From Nitrososphaerales archaeon (GTDB lineage Archaea > Thermoproteota > Nitrososphaeria > Nitrososphaerales > UBA213), in contig CBDAOC010000013.1 in the NCBI GenBank assembly GCA_965197925.1, positions 1 to 64,000 of the forward strand: 64,000 nt of DNA, read 5' to 3'. Shown here piece by piece: positions 19,127 to 29,360 of this stretch. Each line of letters opens with the position of its first letter. Positions within the stretch are counted from its first letter, which is position 1. A model generated the notes under the pieces. That model was not told the origin of the DNA and did not search any database. It saw nothing but the letters and a program-made list of their open reading frames with translations. Position numbers and translations under genes: made by a program.

Positions 19127-20662
19127 TTATTTTGTATCATTTAATATATTAGCTATTTCGTTCATTTCGGCAGTATAAGGTAAATGAATGATCTCGGTTT
19201 CATCCATCAGTTCTAGGAAACCCTCTAGAAAATCATCTACAACAGCTACTACTTGATTGAATTCATTCATTTTTATATATGATCTTAAGGCAGTTCCAAA
19301 AGTTTCAAATTCAGCAAAATTAGGCTTTGTTCTATTAGCTACATGATGTGCTGCGGGAAATACATCAGAGATTTCTTCAGGCACAATACCCAAGAATGGA
19401 GAGTAATAAGCAAATTGAACATCGTTGTGAATCAACTTTCTTAATTCAGTATACTGAGAGTAAAGCGGGTGTTCATCAGGTTCTGGCAATAGCAGTAACA
19501 GACTCTTATTACTCCTCGTATTCTTCACAAACCTCCTGAACCTTTTCACTTCTGGTCTGTATTGATCCAAATGTGAAAATAGGAAGATAGCCTTCTCTTT
19601 AGAGACAGCCGTCCCTTCTTCCAGATGATCTGAATTTCTTATAAACACCTCTATAATTTCAGCCAATCTTGGGTGAGACATCGCTTTTTGCATAACATAC
19701 TCCCACAAACGACCCTCCATTATGGCCTGTTTTACCGCATCTACTTCACTCTTAATAGCATTTAAATTGTGTATTGCAAGCTCATGAATACGCCTTTCAT
19801 CTTCAAGTTCCAATAACTCCTTAACATTATACTTTGCACAGATCTCACAACTACATGGTAAATATGTCAAGTCATTTAACCTCCGAGTTGAATATGGAAG
19901 AATATATCGATTATCTCTTGCATAAAGCATGTACGATGCGGAATCAAAGGTATCGCATCCTAATGCCACGGCCATAGGTATAGTTAAAGGATGTCCTGCG
20001 CCAAAAAGATGGAGCGGTTTATTGCTGGGTATGGATTTTTTCGCGGATAATATCATCATTGCCAGAAGCTTAAATTCGTACGATTCCATCACCTCGGTGG
20101 GACTACCGAGTGCAAACATGTTATATCCTAAGTTATTAAGGGAGTCCGCGGACAAAGCTATTAGATCTAGATGTTCTCCCCCTTGTATTGGACCAACCCA
20201 AATAGTTTTACTATTATTCATTAAGCCAATAGTTTCTTTCGCAGATTCAAGGGTTTGGTTAACATAAGATTCAGCAATATTGCGTTCAAGTTTAAAACCA
20301 GTTGGTTTGTCTAAAGGTATAGCAATGTCACTGCCTATACTCTCTTCAAAAAAAGCCATTTCTCTTGGAGCGATATCTATATCTCCATACTCTAGAACTT
20401 GATAACCACCAGAGTCTGTCATGACAGCACCGCTAAAATTTATTATTTTATGTATGTCTTTGACATCATCACCGTAATACTTCTTAGTTATGTATGCATT
20501 TGTTATCAAAAGTTTGAATCCTAATTCATTAAACTTGTTAATTTCGATAGTCTGCTTTACAGGGTGTATAACTGGAACAAAAGCGGGTGTTTCTACTGAA
20601 CCATGTTGGGTTTCTAACCTACCTATTCTCGCGGCAAGATCAGTGTACCGTGCCTCAAACAA
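19127..20662 (-). CDS. tgtA: Archaeosine tRNA-guanine(15) transglycosylase
   Basis: ETPAFVPV, MTDSGGYQ, PIQGG, HLFGAGHP, DTFDSASY, CSCEIC, HNL, GRLWEYV. Confidence 0.95.
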   Translation of the reverse strand: MFEARYTDLAARIGRLETQHGSVETPAFVPVIHPVKQTIEINKFNELGFKLLITNAYITKKYYGDDVKDIHKIINFSGAVMTDSGGYQVLEYGDIDIAPREMAFFEESIGSDIAIPLDKPTGFKLERNIAESYVNQTLESAKETIGLMNNSKTIWVGPIQGGEHLDLIALSADSLNNLGYNMFALGSPTEVMESYEFKLLAMMILSAKKSIPSNKPLHLFGAGHPLTIPMAVALGCDTFDSASYMLYARDNRYILPYSTRRLNDLTYLPCSCEICAKYNVKELLELEDERRIHELAIHNLNAIKSEVDAVKQAIMEGRLWEYVMQKAMSHPRLAEIIEVFIRNSDHLEEGTAVSKEKAIFLFSHLDQYRPEVKRFRRFVKNTRSNKSLLLLLPEPDEHPLYSQYTELRKLIHNDVQFAYYSPFLGIVPEEISDVFPAAHHVANRTKPNFAEFETFGTALRSYIKMNEFNQVVAVVDDFLEGFLELMDETEIIHLPYTAEMNEIANILNDTK

Positions 20663-21070
20663 CTACTTACTCTCCTTTGTGAACTGGGCATATATTGCTT
20701 TTACACGATCTGCAGCCAATCCGCTTCCCTGAACTCCTCTTTCAGTAATCTTGATGTTGTCCATAACTATTATGGTATTTTCAACTACCTTCACAAGACC
20801 AGGAAATAACTCATTCAGTCTTTCAATAAAGGCGCTCATATTCAATGACTTTATTAACTTTACTTCCTTTACAAAATTTCCATTTATGATCAATCCATTG
20901 AATTCACCAGTAATATCTTCAAGTATAACATTCAAATTGTCATCAATAGAAACAAGCCGTCCTTCATATATACGACCTTCCGCCGTTTCTACACACACTC
21001 TCTTTCCTATGAACTGATATATTTCATCTTCAAATTTGGGCACTTTAGCTGTCATCTTGAAAGTGATCAT
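20663..21070 (-). CDS. Lsm/SmAP3-type RNA-binding protein (Sm fold plus C-terminal domain)
   Basis: IGKRVCV..GRIYEGRLVSID.NLNVIL, IINGNFV, C-terminal FPGLVKV...V.GSGLAADRV. Confidence 0.85.
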   Translation of the reverse strand: MITFKMTAKVPKFEDEIYQFIGKRVCVETAEGRIYEGRLVSIDDNLNVILEDITGEFNGLIINGNFVKEVKLIKSLNMSAFIERLNELFPGLVKVVENTIIVMDNIKITERGVQGSGLAADRVKAIYAQFTKESK

Positions 21071-21085
21071 ACTTCTATTATAAAG

Positions 21086-21664
21086 TCACTTTTTAGGATA
21101 GCCCTTCTTATATTCAAAAAATTTCCACATATCATTATTTTCAATGATCAAAGACAACCAATCAAATTTCCCTATAACGAATTTGGTCTTTCCTTTGAAT
21201 GTATTTATTATTTTATCTGCTGTTGTTTCGGGTTTTAAAGCGGTGTTATTGAATTCTGCAACCTTATTCTTCCCAAATTTCTTGACCGCATCGTACATGC
21301 ATACACCAATTATCTCACTGGATAAATTACTAGCTATCTGTTGAGCTCCATAACCTCTTTTCTTATACACGCTGGTCAATTCATAGGGAGAACGTCTTAT
21401 TACAGCAACCATAGATGCATCACTCTTTTGCAGAACGTATGGAGCGAGATGCCCTACCAACAAATTTTTCTTATTTACATGATCTCTTAGCGATACAGCT
21501 AACTTTCGCAGGTCAACCACATATCCTAAACTATCCTTTGATTTTATGGCATTATTTTTTATCGCAATAGTGTTTATTTCGATAAGGTCAAGAGAAAGTT
21601 TTCTTGCAACTATTTTAGCTAATGTGTGTTTCCCTACACCTGGATTTCCAGTTATTACCAACAT
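21086..21664 (-). CDS. AK6/Fap7-type adenylate kinase
   Basis: ITGNPGVGKHT P-loop, LLVGHL, RGY...I..N..SEI. Confidence 0.85.
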   Translation of the reverse strand: MLVITGNPGVGKHTLAKIVARKLSLDLIEINTIAIKNNAIKSKDSLGYVVDLRKLAVSLRDHVNKKNLLVGHLAPYVLQKSDASMVAVIRRSPYELTSVYKKRGYGAQQIASNLSSEIIGVCMYDAVKKFGKNKVAEFNNTALKPETTADKIINTFKGKTKFVIGKFDWLSLIIENNDMWKFFEYKKGYPKK

Positions 21665-21806
21665 GTCTTATCAAAACAATTTATCAAAACAAAGTTATGT
21701 GAATCAACACTCTATTTATTTATTCAATGTTTGGTTAGAATTACCTTACCTAACATTGAAAATTAGTTACCATACCATTAAATCTAAGCATGAATGACCC
21801 ATTGAT

Positions 21807-23003
21807 ATGATAATAGGATTATTGGGCAAAACAAATGTAGGAAAATCAACGTTATTTAACGCTGCAACACAACTGAATGCCCCTATTGCAAATCATCCCT
21901 TCACCACGATTAATCCAAATGTTGGTATAGCATATTCTAGGGTAAAATGTGTATGTAAAGAGTTTGGTGTCAAGGATAATCCTGTTCATTCTGTGTGTAT
22001 TGATGGCAACAGATTCATACCTGTGAAACTCATTGACATCGCTGGCCTCGTTCCGGATGCACATGAAGGAAGAGGTCTAGGAAACAAGTTTCTTGATGAT
22101 GCAAGACAAGCTGATGCCTTGATCCATGTTGTAGATGTATCGGGTTCTACAGATAGCGAGGGCAGGCCATGCACTCCAGGAACCCATGATCCCATGTTTG
22201 ACGTAGAATTCGTTGAAAAGGAGTTTGATTTATGGTTGGCTGGACTATTAAATCGTGATTGGGAGAAGTTGGTAAAAGAGGAAGAAAATCAGACTCAAAA
22301 ACTCGAGCAATTACTTGCTACCAAATTAAGCGGTCTATCCATAAACGAAAGTCACGTAGTAGAAGTTCTGCGGAAGTTCAAAGTAGGAAAATTATCTGTA
22401 TGGAACAAGAATGATGTCTTTAACTTTTGCAAGGCTTTAAGAGAAATATCCAAGCCAATTGTAATAGCTGCAAATAAGGCTGATATTCCCCCTGCAGAAG
22501 AGAACATATCGAAACTTCAGAAATCTGGCAGGATCATCATACCAAGTGCATCAGAAGCAGAACTTCTTTTGAGGAGAGCTTCGAGCAAAGATCTGATTGA
22601 TTATAAACCAGGTGATGATCTATTCAAGGTAAAGAATGAAAGCATGTTGACGAGCCAACAAAAGAAGGCACTTGAATTAGTTAGAACTTTCATGGATAGA
22701 TCAGGAACAACGGGGATTCAGCGGGTAATAAATGAAACATGTTTCAATTTACTTAACATGATAGTAGCATATCCAGTTGAGGATGAAAATAAGTTAACCG
22801 ATAAAAAAGGTAATATCCTCCCAGATGCATATATGATAAAGGCAAACTCAACGGTAAAAGATCTTTCGACCATCATACATAGCGATCTGGCAAAGGGATT
22901 CTTGCATGCCGTAGATGTAAGAAGTAAGCAATTGATTGGCTCAGATCACAAGCTAAATGACGGTGATGTAATCAAGATAGTCTCTACGATGAGCAGGGGA
23001 TAG
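21807..23003 (+). CDS. ychF: Obg-family ATPase YchF (archaeal) with TGS domain
   Basis: GKTNVGKST, PFTTINPN, DIAGLV, GLGNKFLDD, ANKAD. Confidence 0.93.
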   Translation: MIIGLLGKTNVGKSTLFNAATQLNAPIANHPFTTINPNVGIAYSRVKCVCKEFGVKDNPVHSVCIDGNRFIPVKLIDIAGLVPDAHEGRGLGNKFLDDARQADALIHVVDVSGSTDSEGRPCTPGTHDPMFDVEFVEKEFDLWLAGLLNRDWEKLVKEEENQTQKLEQLLATKLSGLSINESHVVEVLRKFKVGKLSVWNKNDVFNFCKALREISKPIVIAANKADIPPAEENISKLQKSGRIIIPSASEAELLLRRASSKDLIDYKPGDDLFKVKNESMLTSQQKKALELVRTFMDRSGTTGIQRVINETCFNLLNMIVAYPVEDENKLTDKKGNILPDAYMIKANSTVKDLSTIIHSDLAKGFLHAVDVRSKQLIGSDHKLNDGDVIKIVSTMSRG

Positions 23004-23005
23004 AG

Positions 23006-23998
23006 ATGCTTTGCCTAGGAATTGAGAGCACAGCTCACACTTTTTCATGTTCTATTATTGAGCTTATTAATAAAAAGGGCAAGATTCTTTCAGATATCAG
23101 AAGTGTGTATAAACCCCCACTAGGTTCTGGCATCCATCCCAGGGAAGCTTCGAGACATCATGCTGATATTAGTTCAAAAGTGTTGCTTGATGCATTGAAA
23201 ACTGCAAAGATTAACTTGGGTGATGTTAACGTGATAGCATACTCGGCGGGCCCTGGACTTGGACCATGCCTTAGAGTTGGTGCTGTGGTTGCTCGATGTT
23301 TAGCTGGATTTTATAAGAAACCGCTAGTGCCAGTAAATCATGCAATAGGCCATCTAGAACTTGGTATTCTTCTTACAGGTGCCAAAGATCCTGTTGTACT
23401 GTTGGTCTCGGGCGGGCATTCTATGATACTTGCATACTCGAACAGGAAATGGCGTGTGTTTGGTGAAACTTTGGACATAACTATAGGGCAGCTGCTGGAT
23501 CAATTTGGTAGAGCCGTTGGTTTTTCGTCTCCATGTGGATCAAAGATAGAGAAACTTGCGACAAAGTCAAATAACTATCTGCAATTGCCATATACTGTCA
23601 AAGGAAACGATGTATCATATTCTGGGCTGCTTACTGCTGCTAAGGTGGCTATCGAAAGCAAGAAACTAGAAGATGTCAGTTTCTCGCTGCAGGAAACTGC
23701 ATTTGCAATGCTTACGGAAACGACTGAACGTGCACTAGCTTTTTGCAACAAGAGGGAATTACTGGTAGTCGGTGGTGTTGCTGCAAATATGCGTCTTACT
23801 GACATGCTTAAAGGTGTATGTAAAAGGCAGAATACAAAATTTTTTGTAATACCAACGAACTATGCCGGTGATTGTGGTGCACAGATAGGTTGGACTGGAA
23901 TGCTTGATTATAAGGCTGGGATCCGAGCCAAGATCGAAGAAGCATTTGTAAGACAGTCGTGGCGACTAGATACCGTAGATATTAATCGGAAGAACTAA
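23006..23998 (+). CDS. kae1: KEOPS t6A synthase Kae1
   Basis: LGIESTAHT, GPGLGPCL, VNHAIGHLE, VSGGHS, GETLDI, GGVAAN, DCGAQI. Confidence 0.96.
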   Translation: MLCLGIESTAHTFSCSIIELINKKGKILSDIRSVYKPPLGSGIHPREASRHHADISSKVLLDALKTAKINLGDVNVIAYSAGPGLGPCLRVGAVVARCLAGFYKKPLVPVNHAIGHLELGILLTGAKDPVVLLVSGGHSMILAYSNRKWRVFGETLDITIGQLLDQFGRAVGFSSPCGSKIEKLATKSNNYLQLPYTVKGNDVSYSGLLTAAKVAIESKKLEDVSFSLQETAFAMLTETTERALAFCNKRELLVVGGVAANMRLTDMLKGVCKRQNTKFFVIPTNYAGDCGAQIGWTGMLDYKAGIRAKIEEAFVRQSWRLDTVDINRKN

Positions 23999-24320
23999 AA
24001 GTCTTCATCGCGTCATCTATAGTGTTCCTCCACTTGCCAGAGCTGAAAACGCCAAACTTGTATAACTCACTTCCAACATCCCCGGAGACCTCTATGACTA
24101 CCTTCTTAGCAAGCCAACCTTCAGTCTTAACATGTTTGATATTGTGTATGGGTACTTCAAGGACAACTTCGTTTAATTTTTTGCTTAGTGTAAGCATGCG
24201 CACTTTACCCTTCTGGAATATTAGCCTCTGATTGGTGAGCGTGAGATAACCAGATCCAAGCTTGTCCTCACCACAGTCTTCCTGCATGATTATTTTTTCA
24301 CCCTCTTTCTGCTCTACCAT
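23982..24320 (-). CDS. PH/GRAM-like domain protein
   Basis: GYLTLTNQRLIF and EVPIHNIKHV motifs with a C-terminal W-containing helix. Confidence 0.7.
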   Translation of the reverse strand: MVEQKEGEKIIMQEDCGEDKLGSGYLTLTNQRLIFQKGKVRMLTLSKKLNEVVLEVPIHNIKHVKTEGWLAKKVVIEVSGDVGSELYKFGVFSSGKWRNTIDDAMKTFSSSD

Positions 24321-24358
24321 AAGTAGAGTTTAATTTGATGGCCTAAGTTATAACTTTA

Positions 24359-24976
24359 ATGATGTTGATCAAAAAGGGGGCGGAAGCAAATATTTACCTT
24401 GTTGACTGGTATGGTAAGAAAGCTGTGATGAAGATTAGAAAACCGAAGAGATACAGAAACAAGATACTTGATGTAGAGATCAATAAAAAACGTACAATAC
24501 ATGAAGCTGAAATGCTTTCAAATGCCAAAAGAGCTGGTGTCACAACACCTTTGCTTTATTTTGTAGATCCACAACGCGGAGAAATAATAATGCAATATAT
24601 TAAGGGAAAGCTTGCCCGGGATATACTCCCAAAAGATCTACAAGTGTGTAAAAGGATAGGGATCTATACCGCAAAATTGCATGAAAATAATATTGTGCAT
24701 GGCGACTTGACCACATCTAATTTTATAATCAATAATGATAAACTTGTCTTGATTGATTTTGGTTTATCATATCATTCTGAAAGGGTTGAAGATAAGGCCG
24801 TTGACATCCGCCTTATTAAAGAAATCATGAGCAGTGCCCATTCAGTTGTGTTCAAAAGTGCATTCGGGAATTTTATTAATGGATACAGAAGCATCTCTGG
24901 TGAAACGCTAACTTCAAAAATTGTTAGGAAAGTAGCTGAGATAGAAGGGAGAGGTCGCTATGCGAAAATCACCTGA
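24359..24976 (+). CDS. bud32: KEOPS kinase/ATPase Bud32
   Basis: KGAEA, K.R.PKRYR, HGDLTTSN, IDFGL, EDKAVD, RGRY. Confidence 0.96.
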   Translation: MMLIKKGAEANIYLVDWYGKKAVMKIRKPKRYRNKILDVEINKKRTIHEAEMLSNAKRAGVTTPLLYFVDPQRGEIIMQYIKGKLARDILPKDLQVCKRIGIYTAKLHENNIVHGDLTTSNFIINNDKLVLIDFGLSYHSERVEDKAVDIRLIKEIMSSAHSVVFKSAFGNFINGYRSISGETLTSKIVRKVAEIEGRGRYAKIT

Positions 24977-25529
24977 ATTATACTTTGCTACAACAAATTC
25001 AAATAAGTTCAACGAGGTTAAGACTATACTTTCCTATCATGATATAGAAGTAAAGATGGCAAAAATTGATCTATTTGAAATACAATCAGATAATTTGGAA
25101 AAAATAGCAATGGAGAAGGCAAAAGATGCTTGTAGAAGACTAAATTCAAACGTAATTGTCGAAGACGACGGTTTATTTATAAAATCTCTGAATGGATTCC
25201 CTGGACCTTATTCTTCATTTGTATTTAGGACTATAGGAAACCTCGGTATTACTCAGTTGATGAAAGCATACGATGATTGCACTGCGACGTTCAGATCAGT
25301 AATTGCTTATATCGAGCCAAAAAAATTAAAATTAATCTTTGTGGCAAACGTTAATGGCAATATTTCCACAGAGATAAGGGGTAAAGGCTGGGGATATGAT
25401 CCTATCTTCATACCTGATGATTCCGGAGGAAGAACATACGCGGAATTAGCAGACACAAAAAACGAATTATCACATAGGAAGCTTGCATTAAACAAAATGA
25501 TACAGTGGATGAAGAATTATGAACACTAA
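24960..25529 (+). CDS. rdgB: Non-canonical purine NTP pyrophosphatase (Ham1/RdgB)
   Basis: FATTNSNK, EIQ, VEDDGL...LNGFPGPYS, GYDPIF, KNELSHR. Confidence 0.95.
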   Translation: MRKSPELYFATTNSNKFNEVKTILSYHDIEVKMAKIDLFEIQSDNLEKIAMEKAKDACRRLNSNVIVEDDGLFIKSLNGFPGPYSSFVFRTIGNLGITQLMKAYDDCTATFRSVIAYIEPKKLKLIFVANVNGNISTEIRGKGWGYDPIFIPDDSGGRTYAELADTKNELSHRKLALNKMIQWMKNYEH

Positions 25530-25761
25530 TTATTTTCTAGAAAATACTAAAATGGTGTATAATATCACATCTTCTGATATCCTGTAGATTAACAAATCTT
25601 GGGTTCTATTTTTTAGATTAATAGCAAGACTTACCATAATTCAGAATGATATCTTTGGCAAATAGTATAAGAGTGAGTCGAAACCATTGCGCTTAATATT
25701 TATTCATCATCACAAAGGTTTGAATATTTACTAAAGTATATTCAGGAATTATTCTAACTTA

Positions 25762-26810
25762 GAGCCTATCTTAAAATTAACAATCATAGCCTAATTGTTT
25801 ATACCGAAACAGATCTAGATCTGTTCTCTCTAGCTAAATTTGTGAGAAAATCAAAGAAAAAGAGCATGCCGACCATATAGAACATACCAAATGATCTATG
25901 GGTAGAGTTCAAACTAGTGTTGCCACCAGAGAAACCAGCAAGAACAGTTGGAAGACCAGCTGTACCATTTAGAAAAGTGTTGAATGGAATACTGTACGTA
26001 TTAAGAACTGGATGCCAGTGGAAGAAGGTATCTAAAGAATTTGGTTCTGGTTCAACTTGCCATGCAAGATTTCAGGAATGGATTGGGATAGGAGTATTCA
26101 AGAAGGTATGGAAGAGGCTGCTGGAAATATATGATGAATTGAAGAGCATGGGATGGGACTGGCAATCCATGGATAGCGTACCGAAGGCCCCATTAGGGGG
26201 AAAACAACCGGAGCAAATCCAACGGATAGAGGCAAGCTAGGTACCAAACGTCACATGCTGGTTGATAGAAGAGGAGTACCTCTCTCATCTGTAATTACTG
26301 AAGCAAATAAACACGATATGAAATCAGCCTTTCCTACAATAGATAGCATTGTTGTTGATAGGCCCAAAGTTAAACAGAACATATGCATGAATAGGATATG
26401 ATTTTCCAGAGATAGAGTATGGAGTATGAAATATGGAGTTAGGAAGGGGATATGTGGATCACATTCGTCATAAGGGTGAAGTGTTGAAAAAGAATTTATA
26501 CAAAGCAAAGAGATGGGTTGTAGAAAGAACCGCATCTTGGCATAACAGGTTCAGAAAGTTATTGGTAAGGTTCGAGAAGAGAGAGGAAAATTATCAGGCG
26601 CTAGTAGAATTGGCTAACTGTCTAATAGTATACAGAGCAATTCACTGGTAAGCTCATATGATTTTGGAATTACTATAGCGTGCGCTTTCTACAAAATTGA
26701 TAAAATCACACCCAGGAAGAGATGTATATATTTATTTTCCATCATTCCGATTTAATTATTGCTAGTATGAGCAGCGTACAATCTATGGAATAGGATTTTC
26801 GGATAGGCTC
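25762..26810 (+). mobile_element. IS5-family element, full length but pseudogenised
   Basis: TIRs GAGCCTATCTTAAAA / TTTTCGGATAGGCTC with TTA on both flanks; GRP, LRTGCQW, RWVVER motifs; early TAG and frameshifts. Confidence 0.92.
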
Positions 26811-26914
26811 TTAATTCAATATGCAGTATAAATCTAATAAAATTAAAGTATCTATAACATTAAACAATCTTACTAAATCTAACCGAATATATAAAACATT
26901 TCAGTCAGGTCTAC

Positions 26915-27523
26915 ATGGTTGTCAATGATGAAGATCGGGCTAAAGAATATCTTCGAAAATATTCTAGTTTAACTTCGATTCTATCACAGATACTACCCAT
27001 TTTACTTTTGACACTTGTAAGTAGTATACTAACAGGGTTTTTGTTTTTGAATATGAAAGAGTCACTTGAATTGTTACCAGGTCTACTATTATTAATACCC
27101 GCAGTCATGGGCACTAGAGGAGGTATTTACGGTGCATTCGGCTCCAAGTTAGCGACGGGGCTACATCTTGGTATCGTTGAACCTAGGTTTGTGACTAACA
27201 GAAATGTAAACAATGCTATTGCAACAGCGCTGATCAATAGTTTAGTGATCTCAACTGTAATTCCATTTGTTGCGTATGTATTATTGCTTCTAATTGGGCT
27301 TAACACAATCCCTCTTTGGGCGTTAGTAGTTATTTCTCTTCTTGCAGGTGTGATCAGTGGGTTGATACTTTTAGGTATAGTTATTCTAATAACATTCAAT
27401 AGTTTTAGGAGAGGAATAGATCCAGATAATTTAGTTGGCCCCTTAGTGACAGTGACTGGCGACATATTCAGCATTTTAGCTCTCTTAGCGTCTGCAAAAA
27501 TAGTCTTGGTGTTTATTTCATGA
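26915..27523 (+). CDS. MgtE/SLC41-type membrane domain protein
   Basis: PAVMGTRGGIYG, GIDPDN..GP.VT..GD; ~5 TM segments. Confidence 0.88.
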   Translation: MVVNDEDRAKEYLRKYSSLTSILSQILPILLLTLVSSILTGFLFLNMKESLELLPGLLLLIPAVMGTRGGIYGAFGSKLATGLHLGIVEPRFVTNRNVNNAIATALINSLVISTVIPFVAYVLLLLIGLNTIPLWALVVISLLAGVISGLILLGIVILITFNSFRRGIDPDNLVGPLVTVTGDIFSILALLASAKIVLVFIS

Positions 27524-28092
27524 GTGAAAATTCTGATAGAATCTACTGGAGTATTGGAAGCATGCTCAAGACAACAATGCCAATACTGTTGGGAATGACA
27601 GTTCTAGGCATCTTAGCAGGGATAATATTGGAGTCATTCGCGCAAAAATTATTCGAATTTCCTTCCATCTTTGTGTTGGTTCCTGCTTTGATCGGCATAG
27701 GAGGAAACCTTGGTGCAATCTTCGGCTCCAGACTGTCTACTGGAATCCATCTTGGCATTCTTGAATTCAGACTAGACAACTTAATGTTCAGAAATAACTT
27801 GTTAGCGGTTTCAATAGCAAGTATGTTCATTTTCGTGGTGCTGGGATTTGTTGGATACATCATCACGAATGCTGTCGGTATTGGGATGTTGCCTCTTGTA
27901 ACCGTGATTGTACTTTCTATCTTATCTGGGCTTATACTTATAGCAGCCTTGATACCCACCTCAATAATTGTAGCATACATAAGTTATAGGAAGGGTGTAG
28001 ATCCCGATGACACCATCATTCCAGTTGTAACTTCTATAGGAGACATAATTGGGCTAATGGCGCTCTTTATAGTGATCGTGTTATTATTATAG
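27520..28092 (+). CDS. MgtE/SLC41-type membrane domain protein (second paralog)
   Basis: PALIGIGGNLG, GVDPDD..IPVVT..GD; ATGA overlap with the upstream gene. Confidence 0.88.
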   Translation: MSENSDRIYWSIGSMLKTTMPILLGMTVLGILAGIILESFAQKLFEFPSIFVLVPALIGIGGNLGAIFGSRLSTGIHLGILEFRLDNLMFRNNLLAVSIASMFIFVVLGFVGYIITNAVGIGMLPLVTVIVLSILSGLILIAALIPTSIIVAYISYRKGVDPDDTIIPVVTSIGDIIGLMALFIVIVLLL

Positions 28093-28120
28093 CTGTTTCA
28101 CAAATTGAGTTGTATTAGTT

Positions 28121-29338
28121 ATGGGTTTGAAAAGAACTGGGCATCTGAAGTACAGACCTACAACTGTGAAGGAGATAATTTCAGAGATACGTGACACCGC
28201 AGAGCTAATGCTGGATTTATCGTATTCAAGCATACTATTCAAGGAGAAACACTTTGGTGAAGAGGTAATTGAACTTGAGAAGAAGATTGATGAGCTGATC
28301 TTCATGGGCAGAGCTTCTGTAATGCTTTCAGCCAGGGGAATGGAGGAGGTGCAGAGCTTGACTGGTGTTCTGCAAATAATAGATTCATCTGCCCAGATTA
28401 GCTATGGGGCAGTTGATCTTGCAAAGATACATGTATCAGATATTGGAATGCCTTCAACATTTCTACATACCATACATCTGGTTGAAGAAACATTGGCAAC
28501 CTTGATAGTACCAGAAGAGTCTAGAGCTGTGAAGAATAGTGTTCATACACTAGAACAAGAAACAGGTATGCGCATAATAGCCATTAAAAGATCTGTGGGT
28601 GAATGGATAATCAACCCTACGGGTGATGTTGTAATACACAAAAAAGATCGGATAATTGCAAAGGGACCATTTGAAGCTTTAGAAGAGTTACAAGTCTTCT
28701 GTACAGGTAAGCATGAAGTGTTTCCAAGTTTGAACGAATTGAAGGAACCAAAAGTTGTTCGCACTATAAGAGAAACTGTGGTGGAAATGATGACCTTATC
28801 TCAGTTATCAATTGATCTTGCATACTCTTCAGTGCTATTCAATAGCAACGAAATTGCACATGAGGTTGCCATGATAGAGGACAAATTAGAGGTTCTAAGA
28901 GGAGATCTAGAAGAACAAATTTTAAAATACGCAAAAACAGCGGAATGTTTGAAAGAGTTAAGAGGTTTGCTGCGAATTGCTACAGCTTCTGAAAAGATTT
29001 CTGATGCAAGCAAGGATATTGCAGATATTTTGTTGAGCGGTGTAGGTTTGCATCCTATACTTCTTTATGCTATAAAGGAGAGTGATGAGGTAATAACTAA
29101 GGTAGAAATTGAAGAAAAGAGCCCCCTTGACGGCAAATCAATAGCGGAATCCGAGATTGAAGTAGAAACAGGTATGGATATTATCGCAATAAAAAAACCA
29201 AATATCGGGAGGTGGCAATTCCATCCAAAAGGGGATCATAAATTAGAATCTAACGACATAATTATTGCAAGGGGTTTGAAGGAAGGAGATCGAAGATTGC
29301 ACAAATTGGCAAAGAGTAGGAACAGGTATGTAGATTAA
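28121..29338 (+). CDS. Tandem PhoU plus TrkA-C (RCK_C) regulatory protein
   Basis: Two repeats of M.DL.YSS.LF...EV...E followed by ETGM.IIAIK. Confidence 0.85.
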   Translation: MGLKRTGHLKYRPTTVKEIISEIRDTAELMLDLSYSSILFKEKHFGEEVIELEKKIDELIFMGRASVMLSARGMEEVQSLTGVLQIIDSSAQISYGAVDLAKIHVSDIGMPSTFLHTIHLVEETLATLIVPEESRAVKNSVHTLEQETGMRIIAIKRSVGEWIINPTGDVVIHKKDRIIAKGPFEALEELQVFCTGKHEVFPSLNELKEPKVVRTIRETVVEMMTLSQLSIDLAYSSVLFNSNEIAHEVAMIEDKLEVLRGDLEEQILKYAKTAECLKELRGLLRIATASEKISDASKDIADILLSGVGLHPILLYAIKESDEVITKVEIEEKSPLDGKSIAESEIEVETGMDIIAIKKPNIGRWQFHPKGDHKLESNDIIIARGLKEGDRRLHKLAKSRNRYVD

Positions 29339-29360
29339 TCACCACCCATAATCCCTAGTT

